From Candidatus Heimdallarchaeum aukensis (lineage in GTDB: Archaea; Asgardarchaeota; Heimdallarchaeia; Heimdallarchaeales; Heimdallarchaeaceae), in NCBI GenBank assembly GCA_021513695.1, contig CP084166.1:1248001-1312000 (forward strand): a stretch of 64,000 nucleotides of DNA, read 5' to 3'. Numbering within the stretch: the stretch's first letter is position 1; the number at the start of each line of letters is the position of its first letter. The translations under genes and the position numbers were made by a program. Under the pieces are notes generated by a model, which made no database searches, was not told the origin of the DNA, and worked only from the letters and a program-made list of their open reading frames with translations. Positions 27,621 through 38,113 of the stretch are shown piece after piece.

Positions 27621-28640
27621 ATGTCATTTTACGAATTTAGACGTCGAATATTAGAAGAAAAGAAACGACAACAAAAACAACAAAGTAAAATTGGAGAAAA
27701 AATATCTGCGTCATTTTCACAACCTGAACTAGAGACAGGTAGAACAAAATACAGTGTTGCTTTATTAGGATTGGAAAGAGCAGGAAAAACTTCTTTAGTT
27801 AAGAAGTTATTAAAACAAGACGACATAGTTACACGACCAACCTATGGAGTAAACATTGAATCATATCATTATCGAGATTTAAATTTCACATGTTTTGATC
27901 TTGGAGGCCATGCGCCTTTTAGATTAAGTTTATGGAAAAAGTTTATTGAAAGAGCAGATGGAATTCTATATTTAGTTGATTCTGCAGATAACTCAAAATT
28001 TGAAGAGTCAAAACAAACCTTTTGGCATTATATTAATTTCGCGAAACCTAATAGTCCAGTATTATTCTTAGCAAATAAAAGTGATTTACCTAATTCAAAA
28101 GAATTAGCTGAAATAAATGAATACTTCGAGCTAGATAAATTTCTAAGAAACCTTAGACCTTTTAATGTTAAAAAAATCTCTGCTAAAACTGGACAAGGAG
28201 TTTATGAGGCTTGGGATTGGATGGTCGAGATTCTTTGTGGAGCTCAGCAATGGAAAGTTAAAATTGCTGCAGCAGTATTAACTGATGTTTCTGGAAACAT
28301 TCTTTCAGAAGCTATGTTTGGTAGACCAGATGAACAAGCCCATTTAGCTTCTGATTTTAGAAAACTCAAAGAATTAGCCAAACTGTTTGCTATTGAAGCA
28401 AAAGATAGTATTCAAAGTGTAAAACTTGAAAGCTTATTTAAAAAACACGTCAGCCACGTTAAGCGAGGAGCTTATGCATTATCTGTAATGATAGACCCAA
28501 TTGATCCAGTTACTCGGGCACAACAAATTCAACTTCGGATTTTGGAATATTTCAGCAGAAATGCAAATATAACTCAAGATTCATTAGAAGATGTATTCAT
28601 CAGCAAGTTTCCTCTCGAAGTTGAGAAAGGAATTAGATAA
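27621..28640 (+). CDS. Sar1/Arf-family GTPase fused to a C-terminal roadblock-like domain (first of a tandem pair)
   Basis: ALLGLERAGKTS, TYGVNIE, FDLGGHAPFR (Sar1-type His), LANKSDLP, SAKTGQGVYEAWDWM (Arf-like G5), then a roadblock-like tail KIAAAVLTDVSGNILSE ... AYALSVMIDP. Confidence 0.75.
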   Translation: MSFYEFRRRILEEKKRQQKQQSKIGEKISASFSQPELETGRTKYSVALLGLERAGKTSLVKKLLKQDDIVTRPTYGVNIESYHYRDLNFTCFDLGGHAPFRLSLWKKFIERADGILYLVDSADNSKFEESKQTFWHYINFAKPNSPVLFLANKSDLPNSKELAEINEYFELDKFLRNLRPFNVKKISAKTGQGVYEAWDWMVEILCGAQQWKVKIAAAVLTDVSGNILSEAMFGRPDEQAHLASDFRKLKELAKLFAIEAKDSIQSVKLESLFKKHVSHVKRGAYALSVMIDPIDPVTRAQQIQLRILEYFSRNANITQDSLEDVFISKFPLEVEKGIR

Positions 28641-28643
28641 AAA

Positions 28644-29645
28644 GTGAGAAAAATGAGTAGTTACCTATCATTCCTTAGAGATAAAGTTATCTCCCAAAAA
28701 GGAGAAAAAATACCGCATATAGCAATTTTAGGCCTAGATAAATCTGGAAAGTCTACAACAGTTAATAGATTACTTTTTGGAACTGTGTCGGACGCTAATC
28801 CTCCTCAATCTACTTGCTTCATCAACATTTATTATGGTAAATCTCTGATTAGTGTTTTAGAAGCAGATGAGGAGACAGCAAGAGAAAGCCCCTATTTCCA
28901 AGATATCCTTTCTCAAATTGATGGGGTAATTTTTATTATTGATACTGAAACAAAACGTCATGTAGAAGCTTCTTTTGAATATATTTACAGTTTATTAGAT
29001 AAAATCCCCCAACAAACACCAATGTTATTCTTAGCGAATAAAATGGATATTGAAAATGCTATTCCCTTCGAAGAAATATTATTAGATCCTGCATTTCAAG
29101 TAATAACAGATGACATTAACCGTTCTGTCTCGATCTATGATATTAGTGCAAAAACGGGAGAGAACTTCTACACAGCTTTTGATTGGATAATATCTCGAAT
29201 TACAGGAAGAACACCTTTGAGAGAAGAAGTAACTTTGAAAAGAGTAATTATTTTACAAGAAGGAGGTGTTCCAGCATTTGATCACACATTTGATACAAAG
29301 ATTGAAGAACATGATAGCACTTTACTCGGGGGGTTAATTAGTGCTTTAAACATCATGGCTACAACAATTTTTGAGAGTGAGTCTGTAATGGACATAGTTA
29401 AACTTGGCCATTTCAAGCTAGTTATCAGAAAAATGCAAGGGTGGACAGGGGTTTTATTCGTAAATAGAGATGACAGTGAATCAAAAGCTCAATCTCTCGC
29501 TGAAGAAATATTAAAAGCATTTATTGAAGAAAAAAATAGAAAACCAGATCAAGAACTAGCAAGAGAAACAAAATATGAATTATTGCATAAAATACCAGAA
29601 ATTGCAATATTATTAGATCAAGAATTAGATCAAGAAATTAATTAA
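28644..29645 (+). CDS. Divergent small GTPase-roadblock fusion with degenerate switch II (second of the tandem pair; possible pseudo-GTPase)
   Basis: G1 ILGLDKSGKST and G4 LANKMD are retained, but the DxxG(Q/H) position reads LEADEETARE. C-terminal roadblock-like VIILQEGGVPAF ... FKLVIRKMQGWTGVLFV. Separated from the previous gene by 3 nt. Confidence 0.7.
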   Translation: MRKMSSYLSFLRDKVISQKGEKIPHIAILGLDKSGKSTTVNRLLFGTVSDANPPQSTCFINIYYGKSLISVLEADEETARESPYFQDILSQIDGVIFIIDTETKRHVEASFEYIYSLLDKIPQQTPMLFLANKMDIENAIPFEEILLDPAFQVITDDINRSVSIYDISAKTGENFYTAFDWIISRITGRTPLREEVTLKRVIILQEGGVPAFDHTFDTKIEEHDSTLLGGLISALNIMATTIFESESVMDIVKLGHFKLVIRKMQGWTGVLFVNRDDSESKAQSLAEEILKAFIEEKNRKPDQELARETKYELLHKIPEIAILLDQELDQEIN

Positions 29646-29657
29646 GGAGTTAAAAAA

Positions 29658-30425
29658 ATGATAAATCCAAGTCAAATGAGAGCACCAAAAATGGTCTTTA
29701 GCATTTTTAAAGATTATGGACCAGAAATAGAATTCAACAACACAAGCCTTACAGAAGAGCAAGCTTTAGCACTAGTTATGAGTGGTTTTACACTTGTGGA
29801 AATGAATAGAGATTATAAAGGAAGGTTAGATGGATCAAAGATGCCAAGAATGTTAGGACCCATTCCAGTTCCAGACACAACAATGAAAGCTATCGCGATT
29901 CCTTTCGAAACCAAAATAACTTCCTCTGAAGATGAAAGGATTGCAGAAGCAGGATATAGAGATTGTGTTGTTTTCTTCATTTTTGAGGGTAGTAAATTAA
30001 GAGAAGTATTAGATAGTTATGGAATTGTTGAACCCTATTTCTCTATGATTGCCCGAAGTTTAAGCGAAGAGAAATCTATCACACCAAGCAACTTGAAAAA
30101 GGTCTATGAACGTATGGTTGATATGTTTACAGGCCGAATTCCGCGTATTTTCAAGGTTAATGACGATAACACAGTTAAAGAGATTATTGGTAAAAGGCTT
30201 GAACATGCAGATGCATATCTAATATGTGATTTAGAAAGAAAAAATATGTACATACTATTGTATAACAGTGATATAGATATCTGGAGAAAAAGAGAAATAG
30301 AAAAAGTTTCTTCTGAAGTAAATTCAAAGATGTTTAGAAGTGCATTGAGAAGAAAGTTTGTTACAGATATTGGAGAAATATCACAAATTTTGAATTTACT
30401 AAATATTGAAATTGCTCCTGTATAA
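29658..30425 (+). CDS. Hypothetical protein, third gene of the GTPase-roadblock operon (possible longin/roadblock-like N-terminus)
   Basis: Starts 12 nt after the previous gene; AAGGAG Shine-Dalgarno-like motif upstream; no catalytic motif. Confidence 0.45.
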   Translation: MINPSQMRAPKMVFSIFKDYGPEIEFNNTSLTEEQALALVMSGFTLVEMNRDYKGRLDGSKMPRMLGPIPVPDTTMKAIAIPFETKITSSEDERIAEAGYRDCVVFFIFEGSKLREVLDSYGIVEPYFSMIARSLSEEKSITPSNLKKVYERMVDMFTGRIPRIFKVNDDNTVKEIIGKRLEHADAYLICDLERKNMYILLYNSDIDIWRKREIEKVSSEVNSKMFRSALRRKFVTDIGEISQILNLLNIEIAPV

Positions 30426-30545
30426 TTTTGTTTTTCTTGATTTGTTTAACTTCTTTTTTTATTTCCTTAGAAACATTATTTTTTTCATACGATTTTATGT
30501 AAAAAGTTAAAAACTATATAATAAAGTGAAAACAATGTGAATTAG

Positions 30546-31079
30546 ATGAGTGAACTAAACAATGAATTAGAAATGCATGACGAACGTAGTAAGTTAGAAA
30601 AAATTGCAAATAGAATCAGTTCAATCTCATATATACAGTCTGTAAGATCATTTTTGTCAAGAGAAAAAAAAATAGCAGTAATAGTTGATGGACCTAATTT
30701 CTTAAGAAAAGTAAAAAACAAACAGGTAAAACTTGACGATATTGAAGAAAAAATTAAGGATGAAGGAAAAATCGTTATCAGAAAAGTATTGTTAAATGAG
30801 TTTGCTGGCGAAAGTTTGCTACAAGCAGTTTTCAATAGTGGATATGAGCCAATTGTAACAGCACATGATATATACATTCAGATGGCTATAGAGGTAACAA
30901 AATTACTATCAGAAAAAATAGATTCTATATTCTTTGCTACACGTCATGCAAGAGCAGTGCCTATTGTCCAAAAATTGAAAGAAAAGGGAGTTGAAGTGGC
31001 ATTGATAACTTATGAAAGTGGTTTAAGCATTGCTCTAAAAAAGACAATAGATAAAATATTCTATATAGAAATTGATTAG
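30546..31079 (+). CDS. NYN/LabA-like domain protein (tentative)
   Basis: KIAVIVDGPNFLRK start and overall pattern resemble LabA/NYN, but the acidic active-site residues are not all evident. Confidence 0.3.
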   Translation: MSELNNELEMHDERSKLEKIANRISSISYIQSVRSFLSREKKIAVIVDGPNFLRKVKNKQVKLDDIEEKIKDEGKIVIRKVLLNEFAGESLLQAVFNSGYEPIVTAHDIYIQMAIEVTKLLSEKIDSIFFATRHARAVPIVQKLKEKGVEVALITYESGLSIALKKTIDKIFYIEID

Positions 31080-31104
31080 TGAACAAATTAATCAATTGAA
31101 AAAC

Positions 31105-32367
31105 TTATAATCCCTCATTCTGCCTTGTAGAAGAACTTAGTTTAACTCTTCTCTCTTTTTTACTAAATTCTGTTATAAGATATAAATCTGCAATTGTATT
31201 TAGGGCTGAATTCAATTTGTAATATGCTTTTCTATTTAAAGTTCTTTTAACAATTATATTCTTTTTTAACAGTTGAGACAAATGATAGGATATAGTTGTT
31301 TTTTGAATATTCAAATTTGATACTAGTTCTTCATAGCTTATACCAATATCTAAACCAATTGATTTTAGTGTAATTAGTGTTAATAAAAATACACGAGAGC
31401 TGTCTTCTTCATTAGAATAATTATAAAACTCATTAAAGGAATTATAATCTAAGAGAGAAGAAATATCATTAACAAGTTCAATGTAAGCTTTATCATAACC
31501 GTTATAGAAACATTCCTTACAGATTAAAGAAGTTAAATGTATTGCATTATGTAAATTAAGTAAAGAATTTTCAGATATCGCTTCAACAATTTCTGGACTA
31601 AATGGTTGTTGAATTTGGCCATTAATAGATAATCTTACTGATAAGATTTCGTAGATACTTTTCTCATCTAAAGGACTCAATTCAATTGCAGGTAAGGTTG
31701 AATTGTAAAATTGATCGGTATAATTTATTGTTGTAATTAAACTTTTTAATCTAATCCATGCGGGATAAGAAAAAACAAATAGAACTGAGGTTTTAGGAAA
31801 ACGAAATTTAAAAGATTCTAAAAATGTAACAAAGAAGTCAATTAGATAATCAGCATGATCAATTATTACTAAAGGAATCTCTTCATCATGAATATCATAT
31901 TTAGCAATTTCATTAATAATATTACGTGAAGAGAATGTAGGTTGGTAGTTTAAGTCTTTAGAGGACACAATTTCTTTTGCATCTATAATTATTGAGTTTT
32001 GCATTTCTTCTATTTCATTTTTTACGAGGATATGTGCTTTTTCAACTAAAGTGGATACACCACTACCCCTGTATCCAAATAATACTGCGTCAAGAAAGAG
32101 ATTATTTTGTCTGCTTTTATCTATATCAGCAATTAGAGTAATTATTTTACTTAGATTTGTATTGATTACCCCCTTTTCTATAAGAATGTTTATCTCATCA
32201 AAACTCACACTTTGTTCAAAAGGATTTTTCTGAAAACCAAATGCTCTGAAAGGGTCTTGAGAGGAAAATTCTATAGCCTTCGCTCTATCTATTGTTTCTT
32301 TCACAAATTTGCGAAGGTTTTCTGGAATTTCCATAATTTTTCCTCTATTGTAATATCTAGAAAACAT
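31105..32367 (-). CDS. Archaeal ATPase family protein (Arch_ATPase-like P-loop plus C-terminal wHTH)
   Basis: LFGYRGSGVSTLVEK P-loop-like; C-terminal ISYHLSQLLKKNIIVKR winged helix. Confidence 0.4.
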   Translation of the reverse strand: MFSRYYNRGKIMEIPENLRKFVKETIDRAKAIEFSSQDPFRAFGFQKNPFEQSVSFDEINILIEKGVINTNLSKIITLIADIDKSRQNNLFLDAVLFGYRGSGVSTLVEKAHILVKNEIEEMQNSIIIDAKEIVSSKDLNYQPTFSSRNIINEIAKYDIHDEEIPLVIIDHADYLIDFFVTFLESFKFRFPKTSVLFVFSYPAWIRLKSLITTINYTDQFYNSTLPAIELSPLDEKSIYEILSVRLSINGQIQQPFSPEIVEAISENSLLNLHNAIHLTSLICKECFYNGYDKAYIELVNDISSLLDYNSFNEFYNYSNEEDSSRVFLLTLITLKSIGLDIGISYEELVSNLNIQKTTISYHLSQLLKKNIIVKRTLNRKAYYKLNSALNTIADLYLITEFSKKERRVKLSSSTRQNEGL

Positions 32368-32617
32368 CTAACCTTTAAACTTTTTCGAATTATTCAAATT
32401 ATTCGAAATTTCGACAAAAAAACTAAATATTACGACAAAAAAGGGAACAATAAAAAAAACTATTTTGTTCAAACAGAAAGTATATAGTTATTTTCAAGTT
32501 TATTATTATTTGAAGAAATAATCTGAGAAAATTTATAAGTGCATCAATAAAGTAAAAATCAGAGAATGAAAAAATTTATAAGTGGGTGAATAAGTCCTGA
32601 GCTTTCGAGACCGAGAA

Positions 32618-33160
32618 ATGGATGAATGGCAGGTAAGAGCTAGAATTGATCAAGCACTTAACAATTCTACAAAAGTATATGCCATGGAAAATGGGCGGTT
32701 AGTAAGATTACATGATGTTATAAAAGTAAGAGAGCTCAACGCATTTCTTGGCTTAATTATTGCTTATTCTGCAGGAAGTTTTATGACAATTGATCGCTTT
32801 TATTTAGATAGTTTTCACCCAGTGAGACAAAAAAGAATAATAAATAGATTAAACAGCCACAGTGGTCAAATAAATACTGCATTATTATTGGAATTACTGC
32901 GGTTACGGGATAAAACAAAACTTAGTAAATATGATATTATCAGAAAAGTTCAACACAAATATTTCATTAATCAACCCATAGGTACAAGAGACATTACAGA
33001 ATCTCTCAACAGAATGCTAAGAAAAACAATGGTAGATTACTTCTGGTTTGAAGGAAAATACTTTAGAAGATCAAATTTTGACTTGCGTTTAATCGAACTA
33101 CCAAATAATGCAAACTATGATTTTATTAAAATAAATATCGACAATATAATACAATTCTGA
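32618..33160 (+). CDS. Hypothetical protein
   Basis: 180-aa ORF, no motif. Confidence 0.35.
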   Translation: MDEWQVRARIDQALNNSTKVYAMENGRLVRLHDVIKVRELNAFLGLIIAYSAGSFMTIDRFYLDSFHPVRQKRIINRLNSHSGQINTALLLELLRLRDKTKLSKYDIIRKVQHKYFINQPIGTRDITESLNRMLRKTMVDYFWFEGKYFRRSNFDLRLIELPNNANYDFIKINIDNIIQF

Positions 33161-33213
33161 GTTTTTTGTCTATCTTTTTGTTTTAAAAAGAAAAAAGAAA
33201 AGATGATTTTTTT

Positions 33214-33675
33214 TTAATCACTAGTTTCTTGTTTTATAGAAGGAGCAATTATGTTTACAGATTGCCAAATATCCTCTTTGTCCAAAAGTAAAACAGGTAG
33301 TCCTCTTATCAAGTCTGGTTCTTTTTTTAGTTCATTCTGTAAAAATGGTGGATAAAATCCTACAAATTTAAAATCATGTTCTTCCAATTCACCTAATAAT
33401 ATTCCTAGTAACATATTATTTGTATCTAAACCTAATATTAAGAAAAAACTATGTTTTGAGAAATCTTCTCCTTCAGGGCTAGATAATTTCACTAATCCCC
33501 CTGAAAGGTGATAATTTTCTTTATTTTTCGATTTTTCTATTATGCTTTGAAAATACTCTGTTTTCAAGATTATATTTGTATTTGTAGCATCATAATAATC
33601 TACAAATTCGAGATCAATTATCGCTTCCTTCCCTTCCTTATCCTTACTTGCTACTGAAGCTTTCCATACTTTCAT
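33214..33675 (-). CDS. Hypothetical protein
   Basis: 153-aa ORF, no motif. Confidence 0.35.
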   Translation of the reverse strand: MKVWKASVASKDKEGKEAIIDLEFVDYYDATNTNIILKTEYFQSIIEKSKNKENYHLSGGLVKLSSPEGEDFSKHSFFLILGLDTNNMLLGILLGELEEHDFKFVGFYPPFLQNELKKEPDLIRGLPVLLLDKEDIWQSVNIIAPSIKQETSD

Positions 33676-33836
33676 TGATTCAATTTCTCTAACACCAATA
33701 AATACTTTTAGAAAGAAACGATTTTGGAGGAATATGTTAGATTCACATTTACTTTTTCGAGTCTTTAGAATGCTATAAACATAGGTTAAACGCAGAATCT
33801 GGATAATTTTATGTTTATCAATGATAATCCTTATGA

Positions 33837-36800
33837 ATGCTTAACCATTCGCACTATTTGATGATAAATCCAATAGATGAAACCAAAGCAAGAAAAGTCT
33901 TTCTCAAATCGCTATTTATTATCACAAGAACATTCTACTATAAAATATTTCAATATTCAAAAATTAAACAGAAGATTGAAACAAGAAAAAACAATATTAA
34001 GTATATCATTGGGGTTCTTATTTCATTAGTATTCATATGGCTAATTCCTTTCTTGCTTCTATTGGATTTCCTTTTAATTCTGTTCCTCCCTAGTCTTCAT
34101 ATTTTTAAACCAATGTTCAAAGCTGGATGGAAGTTTAATCTCATCACTACTGTAGGTGTTGTTTTAGCTGTTTCAATTATTTCTCAGTATGTATTTTTTA
34201 TTTATTCATACCAGTATCAGGCTTTTGAATTATATCTTGAAGATGAACCACGCACATTCATTCAAGCACAAATAGACTCTGTTTATATTCAACCATCTTA
34301 TACTCAGACATATCTCATTGATAGAATAGCAGATATAACTATCCAGGAGATGAATCTTACTAATAACATTCTCCAAAGAGATCTTTTCTTCAAACGAGGA
34401 ACATTTACTTCTACTTATGATCCAATAGCTAAGCAAACATATTTACCAAACTTACCATTAGTTGGATTAACAGATAGATTGAGCCTGTTTTTGTCTAATC
34501 ACCTAACCCAAGGGAGATTCCCAGAGAATAATGGTGAAGTTTTAGCCTTCCTTACTAGTAATTCTTATAATCATTCAACAATAAGAGTAAATAGCACAAT
34601 TAGTTTATACATTCCAATCTCATTGCTAAAACAAGCTTCACTATCTGCACCTCAAGCTCAAACCGAGGTTACAGTTACAGGAATAGTTATTGCTGATAAT
34701 TTAACAGATTTTTCAGTAATTGGAAGTAACAAAGGTATTCCTTTTGATGTTTTTCTAAACTTGTACGAGGGAAATGCGGTTCTCGCACCTTGGATAATTG
34801 CAGCTAGAATTCTTTCTTCAATCCAACTCACCTATGGATTTGCATCTATTTATGAAAATTTATTTTATGATATCGGTACCATTGACACTTTTAATTTAGA
34901 CGGCGAAATTTCAAAGCTTAAAGAGTTAGCTATCAATCTCAAAGATTCTTATCTACAGATGGGAGGATATACTGGAGTAGATATTAATTCTTATCTTCTT
35001 ACAGCATTAGAAGAGTTCAAGGCTGAATATAATTTATATCAAATATTCATGTTTGCTTTTCTTGCACCAATTATAGTTTTAACTTTAATATTAACTATTT
35101 ATGCTGCAAACCTTGTGCGTAAAAAAAGAGAAAGACAGCTTACAATTCTTACTGAAAGAGGAACAACAAAAATAGAAATCGGAAGTTATCTAGCGCTAGA
35201 ATCTCTTATATTTGGAATTATCGCACTATTTTTAGGAATAGCTCTTGGAATACCCATTTCTGCTCTTCTTACAAAGAGTACGGGATTCCTTTCATTTAGT
35301 AATCAGACATCCAGTCTTCAACTAAAAATTCCTTCATTATCTCAAGCATTATTTGGTAGTTTATTAGTTATATTCATTATTCAAACATTTAATGTAATTA
35401 CTTTACTTAAAACTAGAAGCATTGAGGACTATGGTAAAGTGGAGAAAACATTACCTAACTTTTATCGCTACTATGTTGATATTATATTTATTAGTACTGG
35501 AGCCATATTATGGTTTATTTATCAACTTCCTGTGTTGAGTGGTTTCAGGGATAAAACTACTAAAAGCATCGGAATTCCAGCTATGATTGTTCTACTATTT
35601 GGTGTTGTTTTACTCATTCAAAGATTACTTCCCTTATTCTCTAAATTCATATTAAAAATCACACAGTTTCCTAATGATAAAGTAAGAAAAAAGCTTCGAC
35701 TAGATATTTTCTCTTTAGGAATAAAAGAGATAACTCGATATCAATCTAGTTTTGTTAGATCCTCTGTTATTCTTAGTCTTTCATTTGCAATTGTAGTTAG
35801 CGCAATCATCGTCCCTGCTTCTTATCAGAGATTTAACACTGACGGAGCTTATTATGATTTAGGAGCAGATATTGTTATTGAAAATTTTCCATTAGAAAAT
35901 AAATTCTTAATTGGAGAAATAGAAAACCTTACTGAAATTCAATCAACATGTGTAGTAAAATATGCTGCTCTCTCCGATGTTTCGGGTGATTATGCAATTA
36001 CACACGCTATACTAGGAATAGAAGTTAATAAATTCGCCCAAACAGCTTTTTTCAGAGAAGATTTTTCGGATTACTCCCTGGAGGAACTACTGTCACTACT
36101 AAGTGATGACACAACACTACTTGCACAAGAAGATGAGATAAAAATAATAAACAAAGGAGTTGGAGACTCTCTAATACTGGGTTATCGTGCATACAACGAG
36201 ACAAGAAGGGAAACAGATGGTTCACCATTTTATAGATCAAATATAACAGTTGAGATTGCAGGGTTATTCAAATACTGGCCCGTATTAGTTAAAGAAATTT
36301 CAACTACTAATGTTTTATCAATCTTGAACCATTTTGTTGCAAACATCTCAATCTTCAACAAACTTGAATTATCTCCTTTTGAAATTACAGACTACTTATT
36401 GATTAAAGTAAATCAGGGAGAGGATATTGAAGAAGTTACAAAGAAAATAAAAACAGTCGCAGGTTCAAATGTTGATAATGTTTATTCAAAGATTTTTGTT
36501 AGAGAAGGAAGTGCTAGATCATCAATTTTGTACTCTGCGATAAACTCTACTCTAATAATGTCGTTTACAATTAATTCTTTAATTATAGCACTCTACGCTT
36601 CTGTACAATTAATTGAAAGATCGAGAGAGATAGCAACTATGAAAGCAATTGGAGTTTCTAAAACACAGCTATTATTGCTTTTTCTATCTGAGTACGCAAC
36701 ATTACTAATTTTCTCAACTATTATGGGATTGCTAAGTGGTCTATTTTCTTCGTGGATGTTGATGAACATTATTACAATAAATCGTTCTATTCCTCCATTT

Positions 36801-36935
36801 ATCATGAAGTTTCCTGCATTCTATATTGCCTTAGTAGCTATTATTTTGTTTTTAACCGCATTTATTGGAGCACTTATCCCCTCTTTAACTGCAACTAACA
36901 AAAACATTGGAACAGATTTAAGGCAGTCAAGTTAA
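33837..36935 (+). CDS. ABC transporter permease, FtsX/MacB-like with large extracytoplasmic domains (1032 aa)
   Basis: Two four-TM FtsX-like modules separated by large soluble loops; followed directly by an ABC ATPase gene. Confidence 0.65.
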   Translation: MLNHSHYLMINPIDETKARKVFLKSLFIITRTFYYKIFQYSKIKQKIETRKNNIKYIIGVLISLVFIWLIPFLLLLDFLLILFLPSLHIFKPMFKAGWKFNLITTVGVVLAVSIISQYVFFIYSYQYQAFELYLEDEPRTFIQAQIDSVYIQPSYTQTYLIDRIADITIQEMNLTNNILQRDLFFKRGTFTSTYDPIAKQTYLPNLPLVGLTDRLSLFLSNHLTQGRFPENNGEVLAFLTSNSYNHSTIRVNSTISLYIPISLLKQASLSAPQAQTEVTVTGIVIADNLTDFSVIGSNKGIPFDVFLNLYEGNAVLAPWIIAARILSSIQLTYGFASIYENLFYDIGTIDTFNLDGEISKLKELAINLKDSYLQMGGYTGVDINSYLLTALEEFKAEYNLYQIFMFAFLAPIIVLTLILTIYAANLVRKKRERQLTILTERGTTKIEIGSYLALESLIFGIIALFLGIALGIPISALLTKSTGFLSFSNQTSSLQLKIPSLSQALFGSLLVIFIIQTFNVITLLKTRSIEDYGKVEKTLPNFYRYYVDIIFISTGAILWFIYQLPVLSGFRDKTTKSIGIPAMIVLLFGVVLLIQRLLPLFSKFILKITQFPNDKVRKKLRLDIFSLGIKEITRYQSSFVRSSVILSLSFAIVVSAIIVPASYQRFNTDGAYYDLGADIVIENFPLENKFLIGEIENLTEIQSTCVVKYAALSDVSGDYAITHAILGIEVNKFAQTAFFREDFSDYSLEELLSLLSDDTTLLAQEDEIKIINKGVGDSLILGYRAYNETRRETDGSPFYRSNITVEIAGLFKYWPVLVKEISTTNVLSILNHFVANISIFNKLELSPFEITDYLLIKVNQGEDIEEVTKKIKTVAGSNVDNVYSKIFVREGSARSSILYSAINSTLIMSFTINSLIIALYASVQLIERSREIATMKAIGVSKTQLLLLFLSEYATLLIFSTIMGLLSGLFSSWMLMNIITINRSIPPFIMKFPAFYIALVAIILFLTAFIGALIPSLTATNKNIGTDLRQSS

Positions 36936-36947
36936 GAAGGTGAAAAA

Positions 36948-37796
36948 ATGTCATTCATTGAAATTCAAGATCTAATCAAAATTTATGAAAGTAAAGAAAC
37001 ATTCATTCGAGTTCCTGCTCTCCGAGGAATAGAACTACAAGTAAAAAAAGGAGAATTTATATCTATAATAGGCCCTTCAGGGAGTGGAAAAACAACTCTA
37101 CTTTTAATTCTTGCAGGAATGACAGAACCTTCAGCTGGTTATGTAAGAGTAGATGATATCCAAATTGACAAGTTAGATGATACTCAAAGAGCATATTATA
37201 GAAGAAATCATGTTGGTACACTATGGCAACTTCCAACTAGAAATTTGATTTGGGAGTTACCTATTATTGAAAATGTTGAACTACCTATGAGACTATTAGG
37301 AGTAACAAGAGAAGAGAGAAAAAAACGAGCAAAAGAACTTTTAAAGGAAGTGGGCCTAGAACATAGAATAGAACACAAACCTCCACAACTAAGTGGAGGA
37401 GAAGTGCAAAGAGCAGGCTTAGCTACAGCACTCGCTCATCAACCAAAGCTTCTACTTGCTGATGAACCAACTGGAGAATTAGATTCACACACAGCAGAAG
37501 AGTTGCTTATCTACTTTAGAGATCTCAATAAGAGTTATGGAATCACTGCTATCATGGTTACACATGACTATTTCGTAGCATCAAAGACAAACAAAATTGT
37601 TCAAATTGTTGATGGAAGAATTTCGGGATATAACCCTGCAAGAGAACTAGAATCACTTATTGATATGGATAAGGTTTATATTGATAGATATGGTTGTATT
37701 CAACTTCCCAGACATATTGTTGAACAAATAGAAACACAAAAAGAGATTAAAGTATCAATGGAAAATGGTAAAATAATTCTAGAACAAAATAATTAA
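36948..37796 (+). CDS. ABC transporter ATP-binding protein (MacB/LolD-like)
   Basis: Walker A GPSGSGKTT, signature LSGGEVQR, Walker B LLLADEPTGELD, H-loop VTHD. Confidence 0.9.
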   Translation: MSFIEIQDLIKIYESKETFIRVPALRGIELQVKKGEFISIIGPSGSGKTTLLLILAGMTEPSAGYVRVDDIQIDKLDDTQRAYYRRNHVGTLWQLPTRNLIWELPIIENVELPMRLLGVTREERKKRAKELLKEVGLEHRIEHKPPQLSGGEVQRAGLATALAHQPKLLLADEPTGELDSHTAEELLIYFRDLNKSYGITAIMVTHDYFVASKTNKIVQIVDGRISGYNPARELESLIDMDKVYIDRYGCIQLPRHIVEQIETQKEIKVSMENGKIILEQNN

Positions 37797-37831
37797 ATTA
37801 TCAATGAGAAAACAGACACAAGCTGATAAAT

Positions 37832-38101
37832 ATGAAGCTTAAAAAGGGCAATAAAAAAGAAAAAGATGAAAAAGAAAAACCTGACAGGTTACTTGACCTA
37901 ATTATCATCAAAATGATGCTTGCTCTAACTTTAAGTGTCGTATTTTTATTTGGAGGGGGGACAATGTTTATTTATGCTTCTTTTAACAACATTGAAATTG
38001 AGGGATATAGTTCCATCTTTGGCTCAATTTTTGGAGTTCATATAGCAATTTTAATGCTTTATTATTCTGTTTCACTTTTCAAGTATATAGTTTCTGATTA
38101 G
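37832..38101 (+). CDS. Small membrane protein
   Basis: 89 aa, two hydrophobic helices after a K/E-rich N-terminus. Confidence 0.3.
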   Translation: MKLKKGNKKEKDEKEKPDRLLDLIIIKMMLALTLSVVFLFGGGTMFIYASFNNIEIEGYSSIFGSIFGVHIAILMLYYSVSLFKYIVSD

Positions 38102-38113
38102 GAGAATAAAATA

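Noticed and set aside
27361-27627. 88-aa minus-strand ORF in the divergent intergenic region
   Set aside because: Very AT-rich with non-coding codon usage and no ribosome-binding site. The region is more plausibly a promoter region for both flanking operons.
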